DNA of 32,000 bases from Buchnera aphidicola str. APS (Acyrthosiphon pisum) (GTDB taxonomy: Bacteria > Pseudomonadota > Gammaproteobacteria > Enterobacterales > Enterobacteriaceae), in contig NC_002528.1 of the NCBI RefSeq assembly GCF_000009605.1, forward strand, positions 360,001 to 392,000. The letters run 5' to 3'. Every line of letters starts with the position of its first letter. The stretch's first letter is position 1. Both the position numbers and the translations under genes were made by a program. The notes under the pieces were generated by a model. That model had not been told where the DNA came from. It worked only from the letters and a program-made list of their open reading frames with translations, and ran no database searches. This document shows, piece by piece, positions 1-9,603 of this stretch.

Positions 1-2
1 CT

Positions 3-614
3 TGGGTAAATACAGAAAAAAATACTGATGAAATTCGCATGCAATTGTTAGATACACCACATAGTTTATTTCCAGTATGTAAAGGAGAGTTAGATGAAAT
101 AATAGGGATCGTACGTGCTAAAGAATTATTAGTAGCTATTGAAAAAAAAATAGACGCATCTACTTTTTCTAGTAAAATACTACCAATTATTATACCAGAC
201 ACACTTGATCCTATTAAACTTCTGGGCGTACTTCGTCGTGCACAAGGTAGTTTTGTAATTGTTAGTAATGAATTTGGAGTAGTACAAGGATTAATTACTC
301 CATTAGATGTTTTAGAAGCTATAGCAGGAGAATTTCCAGATGCTGATGAAACACCAGATATTATACAAGAAAATAACAGCTGGCTAGTAAAAGGCGAAAC
401 AGATTTACATTCATTACAGCAATTACTTAATACTGAAGAATTGATTAAAGAAGATAATTATGCCTCTTTAGGAGGATTATTAATTGCTCAAAAAGGTCAA
501 TTACCTATTCCAGGAGAAATAATTCATATTCATCCTTTTTATTTTCATATTGTTAAAGCAACAGAATATCGTATTGATTTAGTTAGAATTATTAAAAATC
601 AAGATGACAATTAA
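3..614 (+). CDS. yoaE: C-terminal part of YoaE/TerC-CBS-CorC family membrane protein (5' truncated by window edge)
   Basis: Open frame continues upstream of the listed Met at 39 to the window edge; CBS domain (SLFPVCKGELDEIIGIVRAKELL) and CorC/HlyC C-terminal domain (FGVVQGLITPLDVLEAIAGEFPD); located upstream of tsaB as in Buchnera. Confidence 0.8.
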   Translation, partial: WVNTEKNTDEIRMQLLDTPHSLFPVCKGELDEIIGIVRAKELLVAIEKKIDASTFSSKILPIIIPDTLDPIKLLGVLRRAQGSFVIVSNEFGVVQGLITPLDVLEAIAGEFPDADETPDIIQENNSWLVKGETDLHSLQQLLNTEELIKEDNYASLGGLLIAQKGQLPIPGEIIHIHPFYFHIVKATEYRIDLVRIIKNQDDN

Positions 615-643
615 AAAATTTAAAATAATTTTTTGAGAAAAGT

Positions 644-1309
644 ATGTCCAATATAATTTTATCAATTGAAAGCTCATTAGACTGTTGCTCAGTTGCTATA
701 TACAAAAACGAGTATATTCATTCTTTATCAGAGAAATGCAAAAAAAAACATACTACACACATATTACCTATGATTAAAGAAATATTATCGCAAACTAAAA
801 CAGAATTTAAAGAGTTGAATTATGTTTCCTTTTCTAAAGGACCCGGAAATTTTACAAGTATACGAATTGCAGCAAGTATTGCACAAAGTCTATCTATCAG
901 TTTAAAAATTCCTATAATCAGTGTTTCTACTTTAGCAATTATGGCTGAGAAAACATTTCGGAAATATAAACAAAAAGATGTAATAGTTGCAATACATGCA
1001 AAAAAAAAACAAGTATATTGGGCAAAATATACAAGAAATAAAAACTCTATTTGGATAGGAGAATACACTGAATCTTTATTAGAAAAAAAAATAATTCAAG
1101 AAAAAATTGAAAATTTAAAAAAAAGATGGACTTTAGTTAGTGATCAATCTGAACTAATTGAATTTCAAAACATATTAAATGTAAAAAAAAATTATGTTTT
1201 CCTTCCTAATGCAAAAGATATAATACCATTTGTCTTATTAAAAATAAAAAATAAAAACAAGTCATTTTCTATAGAAAATAATATAAATTATTTATATAAT
1301 CAGTTTTAG
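644..1309 (+). CDS. tsaB: tRNA threonylcarbamoyladenosine biosynthesis protein TsaB (YeaZ)
   Basis: N-terminus ILSIESSLDCCSVAIYKN and motif YVSFSKGPGNFTSIRIAASIAQSLS are typical of the TsaB/YeaZ family. Confidence 0.93.
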   Translation: MSNIILSIESSLDCCSVAIYKNEYIHSLSEKCKKKHTTHILPMIKEILSQTKTEFKELNYVSFSKGPGNFTSIRIAASIAQSLSISLKIPIISVSTLAIMAEKTFRKYKQKDVIVAIHAKKKQVYWAKYTRNKNSIWIGEYTESLLEKKIIQEKIENLKKRWTLVSDQSELIEFQNILNVKKNYVFLPNAKDIIPFVLLKIKNKNKSFSIENNINYLYNQF

Positions 1310-1338
1310 AAAAACCTTATTATTTATATAATAAAAAA

Positions 1339-1379
1339 CAATCAATGCTGAAATATTAAATATACTTCAGTATTGATTG
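1339..1379 (-). terminator. Rho-independent terminator candidate for the minCDE transcript
   Basis: 14-bp stem caatcaatgctgaa / ttcagtattgattg (one G-U) with 13-nt loop; read on the minus strand it is followed by TTTTTTATTATA. Lies between convergent tsaB and minE. Confidence 0.65.
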
Positions 1380-1454
1380 AACTAAATTTACAGTAAATAA
1401 TGAAATTCAAATTAAAATATTTTTTTGTTTTAAAATATACATTTATTTAAAAAT

Positions 1455-1706
1455 TTAATCAGGTAAAATAATATTTAACTCTAATATAGAAATATCTTCG
1501 TTTTTTTGATCTAATTGAACAGTTACCATATTCGGTTCTATATTTACGTATTTACAAATAACAGATAGTATTTCACGTTTTAATTGTGGAAAATAATCTG
1601 GTTCGTTGTTGTATTTTCTTTGTTCTGCAACAATTATTTGTAATCTTTCTTTTGCAACATTAGCAGTGTTTTTGTTCCGGGATAAAAAAAAATCCAATAA
1701 AGCCAT
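1455..1706 (-). CDS. minE: Cell division topological specificity factor MinE
   Basis: [30 protein letters not shown] is the canonical MinE N-terminus; 83 aa; next to minD. Confidence 0.97.
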   Translation of the reverse strand: MALLDFFLSRNKNTANVAKERLQIIVAEQRKYNNEPDYFPQLKREILSVICKYVNIEPNMVTVQLDQKNEDISILELNIILPD

Positions 1707-1709
1707 ACT

Positions 1710-2522
1710 CTATCTCCCGAATAAACGTCGTAAAAAACTTTTTTTTTCTTCTTCAATAAAACGAAAATGACGCTCTTCACCCAACAATCGATTTACGGTA
1801 TCACTGTAAGCGCATCCTGCATTTGAATTAATATCTAATATTATAGATTCCCCTTGATTGGACGCACGAAGAACGGATTGATCTTCTGGAATTACACCTA
1901 TTATAGGTATTTGAAGAATATCTAAAACATCTGTCATGCTTAACATTTCTCCTTTTTTAACACGTCTAGGATTATAACGTGTTAATAAAAGATATTCTTT
2001 TATGGGAGTGATGTTTTTCTCAGCTCTTTTTGATTTAGATGAAATTATTCCTAAAATTCGATCGGAATCTCGTACTGAAGAAACTTCGGGGTTAGTAGTA
2101 ATAATAGCTTCATCTGCAAAATATATTGCTAAAATAGCACCCGTTTCAATCCCTGCTGGTGAATCACAAATAATAAAATCAAAATTCATTTTTATAAGTT
2201 CTGTTAAAACTTTTTCAACTCCTATTCGTGTTAAAGCGTCTTTATCACGAGTTTGTGATGCAGGTAGTATAAACAAATTATTTGTTTTTTTATCTTTTAT
2301 AATTGCTTGATTAAGTGTCGCATCACCTTGAATAACATTAATAAAGTCATAGACTACTCTACGTTCACATCCCATAATTAAATCTAAATTTCTCAATCCT
2401 ATATCAAAGTCTATAACAATCGTTTTTTTTCCTTTTTGTGCTAAACCTGTCCCGATAGCTGCACTTGAAGTAGTTTTACCTACACCTCCTTTCCCTGAAG
2501 TCACTACAATAATCCGTGTCAT
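1710..2522 (-). CDS. minD: Septum site-determining ATPase MinD
   Basis: Deviant Walker A SGKGGVGKTTSSAAIGTGLA, IDFDIGLRNLDLIMGCERRVVYD, and C-terminal amphipathic helix SFLRRLFG. Confidence 0.98.
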   Translation of the reverse strand: MTRIIVVTSGKGGVGKTTSSAAIGTGLAQKGKKTIVIDFDIGLRNLDLIMGCERRVVYDFINVIQGDATLNQAIIKDKKTNNLFILPASQTRDKDALTRIGVEKVLTELIKMNFDFIICDSPAGIETGAILAIYFADEAIITTNPEVSSVRDSDRILGIISSKSKRAEKNITPIKEYLLLTRYNPRRVKKGEMLSMTDVLDILQIPIIGVIPEDQSVLRASNQGESIILDINSNAGCAYSDTVNRLLGEERHFRFIEEEKKSFLRRLFGR

Positions 2523-2548
2523 ATAAAAATGTCCTTAAAAATACACAC

Positions 2549-3262
2549 TTAACTGAGAGAATTAATAGTTAAAAATTTATTTTTTAAGTAAATTTGAGCT
2601 GATTTTCCAATAAACTCTGATGGTATCTGGTCTGATAACCAATATTCTCCAGATATAGAAACTAATTCAGCAAATAATCCTGTACAGAATATTTTTCTTG
2701 ATGTATCTCCATTCGCACCTGCGAGAACTCTACCACGAACTATGCCATAAACGTGAATATTTCCGTCTGCTACTAACTCAGCTCCAGCACTAACATTATT
2801 AATAACTATTAAATCAGCATGTTTGGCATAAATTTTTTGCCCTGATCGCACGGGTATATCTATAATATGCGTTTTTTCTACTTTATTGATTGTTTCTTTT
2901 TTTTTATTCTTGTAAGAATTGATAAAAAAATTAGTAATAATATTAGATTTATTATTTTTTCTTTCAGATAAAATTGGCAATCCAGAATCAATAATATTTT
3001 TCTTCAATATGCCATCTTGGCAACCACTGACTCCTACAACGAAAAAACCATGAGAAATAATAATTTTTTTTATTTTTTTCCAATCTACCGTATTACATAA
3101 TTTTGAAACGTTCACAATAATAGGGGCATTCTTAAAAAATTTTGGACATTCTTGAATTTTTTTATATAATGATTGGTTGATTAAATCTATATTTTGATTA
3201 TTTAAATACAGTACTAATAGTGTAAAATTGTTGCTTTTAAGTTCAATTGACTTTTTTTGCAT
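2549..3262 (-). CDS. minC: Septum site-determining protein MinC
   Basis: C-terminal beta-helix VRSGQKIYAKHADLIVINNVSAGAELVADGNIHVYGIVRGRVLAGANGD; gene order minC-minD-minE. Confidence 0.95.
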   Translation of the reverse strand: MQKKSIELKSNNFTLLVLYLNNQNIDLINQSLYKKIQECPKFFKNAPIIVNVSKLCNTVDWKKIKKIIISHGFFVVGVSGCQDGILKKNIIDSGLPILSERKNNKSNIITNFFINSYKNKKKETINKVEKTHIIDIPVRSGQKIYAKHADLIVINNVSAGAELVADGNIHVYGIVRGRVLAGANGDTSRKIFCTGLFAELVSISGEYWLSDQIPSEFIGKSAQIYLKNKFLTINSLS

Positions 3263-3468
3263 ATTTATTGCTCAATAATATTGACTTATATGCACATAAA
3301 ATTTATATATGAGTATCGCTATTATTTTTTAAAAAATAAAAAATAATAAAATTTTATGCAATTAAATTATAGTATAAATACTATATTATAACAATTTCTA
3401 TTTTTGTATTAGAAACAAAATATATATAAAAAAATATTTTTACGACAATTAAAACATATCGATCAAAT

Positions 3469-4505
3469 TTGATAAGGAATAGTATTATTTTGTTATTATC
3501 TAAAAATAGTCAACTCATACTGCGTCATAGAAAAAAATTTAAAACAAAAAAAGTTTTTTTTTCAGGAAATATACAAGATGATTTTCCTCTATCTTTATCT
3601 ACTATGAGAACAAAAATAAACTTTCATAAATACAATGACTGTATTGATTTTAAAAAAAAAATATGAACAATAATATTGTTCATAACAATTTATTAATTTC
3701 TCAAGAAATGATTCAAAATTGTGATGTAATAATCTATTATTGGCCTAAAGATAAGTCTGAAGCAAAATTTCAACTAATGAACATTATTTCATGTTCTCCT
3801 ATTAACACTGAAATATTTATCGTAGGAAACAATTCTAGTGGGGTAAAAAGTGCTCCTTTGATGTTAAAAAAATGGATTGAATTAGAGAAGATCGATAGTG
3901 CTAAACATTCTATTTTAATTTCAGGATTAATTAAAAAAAAAGCAATTTTTGTATTAGAAGATTTTTTTAAAACACATTTATGGAAGAACTTAATTATAAA
4001 ATCACTACCAGGAGTTTTTGGTCACAAAAAGATAGATTCAGGTAGTAAATTACTCGCCTCTACTTTTTCTAACAGAATAACTGGAAAAGTTTTAGATATT
4101 GGTTGCGGAACAGGATTTTTATCAGCATCTCTATTATATTTTTCACCTGATGCAATTTTAACATTAGTTGATAATAATATGTACGCATTAAAGTGCAGTC
4201 AATATACACTTAATTCTAATAAATTTAATGGGAAAATAGTATACAGTAATTTATATTCAAATGTCTTTAAGAAATTTGATCTGATTATCTCTAATCCGCC
4301 TTTTCATAATGACTTACAAATTAATTTCAATATAATAGAAAAAATGATATGTGGTGCTAAAAAATATTTAACGAAAACAGGGGAATTAAGATTTGTAACA
4401 AGCAGATTTATTAACTGTCATTTTTTATTAAATAAATTTTTCCAAAAATATTATGTAATAAAAGAAACGAGTCAGTACAAAGTATATCAAGCTTTTTATA
4501 AATGA
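3469..4505 (+). pseudogene. rsmC: 16S rRNA m2G1207 methyltransferase RsmC, split by a -1 frameshift at an A10 tract (3652-3661); may be expressed by slippage or as two ORFs
   Basis: ORF 3469-3666 resembles the RsmC N-terminus (LILRHRKKFKTKKVFFSGNIQDDFP) and ORF 3663-4505 resembles the rest (DVIIYYWPKDKSEAKFQLMNI, LDIGCGTGFLS, DLIISNPPFH). The ORFs overlap by ATGA right after A10. Confidence 0.85.
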
Positions 4506-4526
4506 ATTTTTATTGTTTTTATTTAA

Positions 4527-4610
4527 TACCCGGAGCGGGACTTGAACCCGCAAAGCCATAAGGCCGAGGGATTTTAAGTCCCTTGTGTCTACCAATTTCA
4601 CCATCCGGGC
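4527..4610 (-). tRNA. tRNA-Leu (anticodon UAA)
   Basis: Reverse complement gcccggatggtgaaattggtagacacaagggacttaaaatccctcggcc...gcgggttcaagtcccgctccgggta: type II tRNA, folds to cloverleaf, closely resembles E. coli tRNA-Leu(UAA); CCA not encoded. Confidence 0.96.
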
Positions 4611-4624
4611 ATAATAATTTATAG

Positions 4625-4695
4625 AGGCGTATCCCGGAATCGAACCGGGTTGCACGGATTTGCAGTCCGCTACATATCCAATCTGTCAACACGCC
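4625..4695 (-). tRNA. tRNA-Cys (anticodon GCA)
   Basis: Reverse complement ggcgtgttgacagattggatatgtagcggactgcaaatccgtgcaacccggttcgattccgggatacgcct; acceptor, anticodon and T arms pair; anticodon GCA. Confidence 0.95.
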
Positions 4696-4865
4696 TGTAA
4701 CAATATTATAGAAAAAAAAAAAAAAAAATACAAACAAAAAATGAATTATTTTAAAAAAATTTTTTTGTATAAAATAAAATAAAATTCCCTTTGCAATAAA
4801 TAATATAATGCTTTATTATACGATTAACATTTTTTTATTTAAGTTGTTTTTAAAATTTTTATATC

Positions 4866-4950
4866 GGAGAGGTGGCCGAGCGGTTTAAGGCAGCGGTCTT
4901 GAAAACCGCCGACGAGAAATCGTCCGAGAGTTCGAATCTCTCTCTCTCCG
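4866..4950 (+). tRNA. tRNA-Ser (anticodon UGA)
   Basis: ggagaggtggccgagcggtttaaggcagcggtcttgaaaaccgccgacgagaaatcgtccgagagttcgaatctctctctctccg; type II tRNA with variable arm and anticodon TGA. Confidence 0.96.
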
Positions 4951-5055
4951 AAAATTAATACATTAAAAAAAATATAGTAAAATATAAAAAATATTCAATG
5001 TCTTTGATCTTGTGTATAAAAAATTATTAAAAAATTAATATAGATAGAATAAAAT

Positions 5056-6105
5056 TTATTGAACATCAGATAATACTTCAATTTCTACACGACGATCTGG
5101 AGCTAAACAACTAATTAATAATGGTTTATTCACCACATCTCTACATACTTGATTAGTTAACGGATATAATTTTCCCATACCTTTTACGGTTATTTTATCT
5201 CTAGAAAAACCTCGAGAGGCTAAGTAATTTTTTATACTATAGGCTCGATCTTCAGATAATTTTTGATTGTACTCATCGCTTCCTATTTTATCCGCATGTC
5301 CTAAAAGAACAATAGAAACGTTTTTTAACTGCATATCTTTGATATCATCGTCTAATTTATTAAGTTTATCATAAGAACTAGGTTTTAATTCCGTACTATT
5401 AAAGGGAAAATTTATATTTTCATTTAATACGCTATATTGTTCGTTTAATGGTTCAGAATCATCAGATGAAAACATATCACTTATATCAGATTTCCCAAAC
5501 TTCCATCCAATAGATAAAACTGCATCTCCTAAAGCAGGTTTAATAGATGCATTTGCTATATTTTTTACACTATTTTTCCAAGTATAGTCTAATCTAGTAA
5601 TAAATGTTTCGTTAAAAATATATTCAGCACCTAAAGACAGACTTGGAAGCAATGCGCTTTCTTTACTAAATAAATTTTTTAAAGTATTTTTAGAAGAAAG
5701 ATCATTCCATGAAACTATTCCACCTAATTTAGTATAAAGATGAAATTCGTCTGTTATTGGATAAGATAACTTAGTTGCTAATTGAACACTATTAGATTGT
5801 ATATGTTCGTTATTTTTTTGAAATATTAAATGAGGGAAAAAACCATTTGTATCATTTTCTATTTCTAAGCTAAAATAGGGATTAAATTCGTATCCTAAAA
5901 ATAGACCAACAATTGGAGCGCTTAAGTTTTCTATTGAAGAATCGTTATTATTGACTTGAGAATTATTCATATCATATTTTAAAGGATTAAAATGAGACCA
6001 TCCAAACTTTGCGCCTAAATACCATCCATTTTCTTCTTCAGCTTGAGCAGCTGAGGGGATTAAGCTTGCCAATAAAAATGCAATAGCGAGAGCTCGTTTT
6101 TTCAT
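5056..6105 (-). CDS. ompA: Outer membrane protein A (beta-barrel plus OmpA-like peptidoglycan-binding domain)
   Basis: Signal peptide [22 protein letters not shown], barrel start [13 protein letters not shown]-terminal domain [35 protein letters not shown]...DRRVEIEV. The track ORF starts at 6117 but MKKR at 6105 is the likelier start. Confidence 0.95.
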
Positions 6106-6160
6106 TTGAAACTCCATTGTTTTTAGGTGAATTATTAAGAAAAATAAAACTGTATAGAAT

Positions 6161-6200
6161 AAATATTATATAATAAATATTATATAATAAATATTATATA
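6161..6200. repeat. 14-nt tandem repeat (aaatattatataat) x ~2.9 in the ompA/murJ intergenic region
   Basis: Exact copies at 6161-6174 and 6175-6188, then a 12-nt partial copy at 6189-6200. Confidence 0.85.
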
Positions 6201-6241
6201 TAATATATATAATACATACTTTATAATACTTACTACTATAT

Positions 6242-7777
6242 TTAAGAATTTTTATAAAAAAAATTTAACAAACGTATTCCTAAAATGTTCATCATAAATA
6301 GATATGTAATTCCGGAAACATATTTCCCAAAAAATAAGCGTATAATTTTATTAATGAATGTCCCTATATTCCAGACTGACATCATGTGTAATACAACAAA
6401 CAAAATTACAATCATAACTAATGTTGCTAATATTATATAAATAATAAAGATGAATTCACTACGTTGTAAAGATACAATTTTTCTTTGATACAATTTCCGA
6501 GATAGCAGTAAAAAATTTACCCAACTAGTTATACTTAGAGATAAAGCAATACCTGCATGCTGAAAATAGAAAATTAAAAATGGATTCATTAATTGATTTA
6601 AAAGAAGTGTGAACAATGAAGCCTTCATGGGAATCTTTATTTCTTCGCAGGCATAAAAAGCAGATGATAAAATCTTAACAAAAATAAAAGAGATTAAACC
6701 ACAAGAATATAATTTCAAGACTCGCGCGGTCATTAAAACATCAAAATCTGTGAATTTACCATATTGAAAAAGAACTATAATTACTGGTTTAGCAAGAAAA
6801 AAAAGTATTACTGATCCTGGTAAAGATACAATTAAACTAATACGCAACCCCCAATCAAGCAATTTTTTATATTCTAATTTTATGCCATTTTTATAATTTT
6901 TAGCAAGAGATGTAAATAAAACAGTACTTAATGATACACCCAATATTCCTACTGGAAATTCTATTAATCGATCGGCATAGTATATCCATGATATTGATCC
7001 AGAATTAAGTAATGAACTAAAAATAGTATTAATAATCAAAGAAATTTGATTAGCTGAAGCTCCTAAAATGGCTGGTCCCATTTTTTTTAAAATTCTCAAA
7101 AGACCGATATTATTCCAATGAAAATTTGGTAAAACTAACATATTAATTTTATATAAAAATGGTAGCTGGTAAAGTAATTGAACTAAACCACCTATAATAA
7201 CTGACCACGCTAAAACAATAATAGAAGGACAAAAAAAAGAACTAAAAAATACAGAAAAAAAAATAATACTTATATTTAAAAATATCGGAGAAAAAGCGGG
7301 AATAGAAAAATAATTCCAACTATTTAAAATAGATGAACATAATGAAGATAAAGAAATTAATAAAATATAAGGAAACATGATTCTTAATAAATTTGTAGAT
7401 AATATGAGTTTTTCGGGTGGATTTAAAAAACCTGGCGCCCTAATTAAAATTATAGATTGAGAAAAAAACCCTCCTAAAATGGTAAGTAATAATAAAAAAA
7501 AGCTCATAAAACCCAGTATGGAAGAAAGAAAATTTTTTATATTTTTTTCATTTTTATCGGATTTATATTCCATTAGTACAGGAATAAAAGCTTGAGAAAA
7601 TGTACCATCAGAAAAAATACGACGTAATAAATTAGGAATTTTAAAAGATATAAAAAAAGCATCCGTAAACATGGAAGCACCGAAAATGCTAGCAATTAAA
7701 ATATCTCGAACAAAACCTAATATTCGAGATATTAAAGTCATCAAACTTACTGATATTAAAGGTTTTAGAAGATTCAT
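6242..7777 (-). CDS. murJ: Lipid II flippase MurJ (MviN)
   Basis: MNLLKPLISVSLMTLISRILGFVRDILIASIFGAS...FFISFKIPNLLRRIFSDGTFSQAFIPV is canonical MurJ/MviN; 511 aa multi-TM protein. Confidence 0.97.
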   Translation of the reverse strand: MNLLKPLISVSLMTLISRILGFVRDILIASIFGASMFTDAFFISFKIPNLLRRIFSDGTFSQAFIPVLMEYKSDKNEKNIKNFLSSILGFMSFFLLLLTILGGFFSQSIILIRAPGFLNPPEKLILSTNLLRIMFPYILLISLSSLCSSILNSWNYFSIPAFSPIFLNISIIFFSVFFSSFFCPSIIVLAWSVIIGGLVQLLYQLPFLYKINMLVLPNFHWNNIGLLRILKKMGPAILGASANQISLIINTIFSSLLNSGSISWIYYADRLIEFPVGILGVSLSTVLFTSLAKNYKNGIKLEYKKLLDWGLRISLIVSLPGSVILFFLAKPVIIVLFQYGKFTDFDVLMTARVLKLYSCGLISFIFVKILSSAFYACEEIKIPMKASLFTLLLNQLMNPFLIFYFQHAGIALSLSITSWVNFLLLSRKLYQRKIVSLQRSEFIFIIYIILATLVMIVILFVVLHMMSVWNIGTFINKIIRLFFGKYVSGITYLFMMNILGIRLLNFFYKNS

Positions 7778-8051
7778 TCAAAACTAACCTATAACCATAA
7801 AGAAATTTTAATGTTTAATACAAGTAAAAACTAAAAATTAGATTTAATTTTTTAAATTAATAAAAAATAAGTTTTTAACATATGATTAATTGAAATTAAA
7901 TTAATTAATTGTAAATAATAATTTTACGTTAAATATTTTTTAAAAAATATTTAAAAAATAGGTTATTATCAAAATAATACAGTTTAAAAAAATTATAAAA
8001 AATATTAATATATTTAAAATATTGTAATAATTATATAAAAAAGATAAAAAA

Positions 8052-9104
8052 ATGTCTAAATTTGTCAAAAAAATAAAAATCATTAAACCTGATGATTGGC
8101 ATGTTCATTTAAGAGACAATGAGATTTTAAATCAAGTTATAAAGTATACTGGTAAATTTTATAAAAGAGCTGTTATTATGCCAAATCTTAATAGTCCGAT
8201 TACGAGTTGTTTGAAAAGCATTGCGTATCGTAATAGAATTTTAAAATCAATGCACTTGAATTATAAATTCAAACCGTTAATGACTTGTTATTTAACTAAT
8301 TCCACAAGCCCTAAAGAACTAGAATTTGGTTTTTCTAAAAAAATATTTGTAGCAGCTAAATTCTATCCAAATGGTTGCACGACCAATTCAAAAACTGGTA
8401 TAAAAAAAATTAGTGATATTACTCCTGTTTTAGAATGTATGGAAAAAATAGGAATGCCATTACTAATTCATGGTGAAGAGATTAACCAAAATATTGATAT
8501 CTATGATAGAGAAGCAAAATTTATTGAAAAAACGTTAGATCCTTTAAGAAAAAAATTTCCAAAGTTAAAGATAGTATTAGAACATATTACAACCAAAGAA
8601 TCTGTAGAATATATCAAAAATAACGATGTTAATTACTTATCTGCAACTATTACACCACATCATTTAATGCTAAATCGAAATGATATGTTTTATGGTGGGA
8701 TTCAACCATATCTTTACTGTTTACCGATTTTAAAAAAAAACAAACATCGAATGGCACTAAGAAAAGCCATCTCTAATGGAGATAAACATTTTTTTTTAGG
8801 AAGCGATACAGCTCCACATCTTCATAAAAATAAAATTAATATGCTTGGATGTGCGGGTATATTTAATGCTCCATCATCTCTATTATCTTATGTTAAAGTA
8901 TTTGAGGAAATGAGAGCGTTAAAATATTTACAATCTTTTTGTTCTGAAAATGGTCCTAAATTTTATAACATGCCAATTAACAAAGAAACCATAACAATAA
9001 TCAAAAAACCGTGTAAAATTATTAAAAAAATAAATGTTGGAAGAAATGTGATTATTCCATTTTTATCAGGTGAAATTTTAAACTGGTCAATTGAAAGTGA
9101 TTAA
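8052..9104 (+). CDS. pyrC: Dihydroorotase PyrC
   Basis: PDDWHVHLRDNE, AKFYPNG.TTNS (carbamylated Lys region), ITPHHLMLNRNDM, LGSDTAPH. Confidence 0.97.
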   Translation: MSKFVKKIKIIKPDDWHVHLRDNEILNQVIKYTGKFYKRAVIMPNLNSPITSCLKSIAYRNRILKSMHLNYKFKPLMTCYLTNSTSPKELEFGFSKKIFVAAKFYPNGCTTNSKTGIKKISDITPVLECMEKIGMPLLIHGEEINQNIDIYDREAKFIEKTLDPLRKKFPKLKIVLEHITTKESVEYIKNNDVNYLSATITPHHLMLNRNDMFYGGIQPYLYCLPILKKNKHRMALRKAISNGDKHFFLGSDTAPHLHKNKINMLGCAGIFNAPSSLLSYVKVFEEMRALKYLQSFCSENGPKFYNMPINKETITIIKKPCKIIKKINVGRNVIIPFLSGEILNWSIESD

Positions 9105-9123
9105 AAATCAAGAGTATTTTAAA

Positions 9124-9531
9124 TTAAATTTCTAAATTTCCATCTAAGTTATAGGTGACAGATTTTTTATATGATGAAGACAATTCTAAAAAACGCTGAT
9201 TTAAATAAAATTTCTTATTCATAATAATTTTATTCTTAAGGTTGAGTTTTCTTAATATAAGACACGTATTAATAATTTTTTTCCAGTAATTATTTAATTT
9301 ATTATTACTTTCATAAGGTGGAAATATATTATATTCTTTTTCTAAACATAATCTATCTTGACTTAAAATTATCAATTTCTTAAACAATATTTTTTTTCTC
9401 TTGATTAATTCTAAAATTTCTTCATTAGAAGTCTTAGACTTTAATAAATTATGACATTCTTGTTTTAATATTCGTTCTAAAGAATATAAAATATTTTCTA
9501 TTTTTTTTATTGTATCTATTAAATTATTCAT
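9124..9531 (-). CDS. flgN: FlgN-like flagellar secretion chaperone
   Basis: Small helical protein MNNLIDTIKKIENILYSLERILKQE...LLKS...LIKRKKILFKKL; position next to flgA. Similarity is weak, so the call relies partly on synteny. Start chosen at MNNL. Confidence 0.7.
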   Translation of the reverse strand: MNNLIDTIKKIENILYSLERILKQECHNLLKSKTSNEEILELIKRKKILFKKLIILSQDRLCLEKEYNIFPPYESNNKLNNYWKKIINTCLILRKLNLKNKIIMNKKFYLNQRFLELSSSYKKSVTYNLDGNLEI

Positions 9532-9603
9532 ATTTATATAAAAAAAATACATACTAATATATTTACACAAAGATAATATTACATCAACAAAAAAATGATA
9601 ATT

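Noticed and set aside
820-1068. 82-aa antisense ORF inside tsaB.
   Set aside because: Shadow of a Lys-rich coding sequence giving Phe/Leu-rich antisense; no independent support.
2002-2310. 102-aa ORF on the plus strand, antisense to minD.
   Set aside because: Lies entirely within the minD coding sequence with no family signature; typical shadow ORF.
4428-4737. Two opposite-frame ORFs (75 aa at 4428-4655 and 72 aa at 4519-4737, both minus).
   Set aside because: They run through the tRNA-Leu and tRNA-Cys genes and the translations are readings of tRNA sequence.
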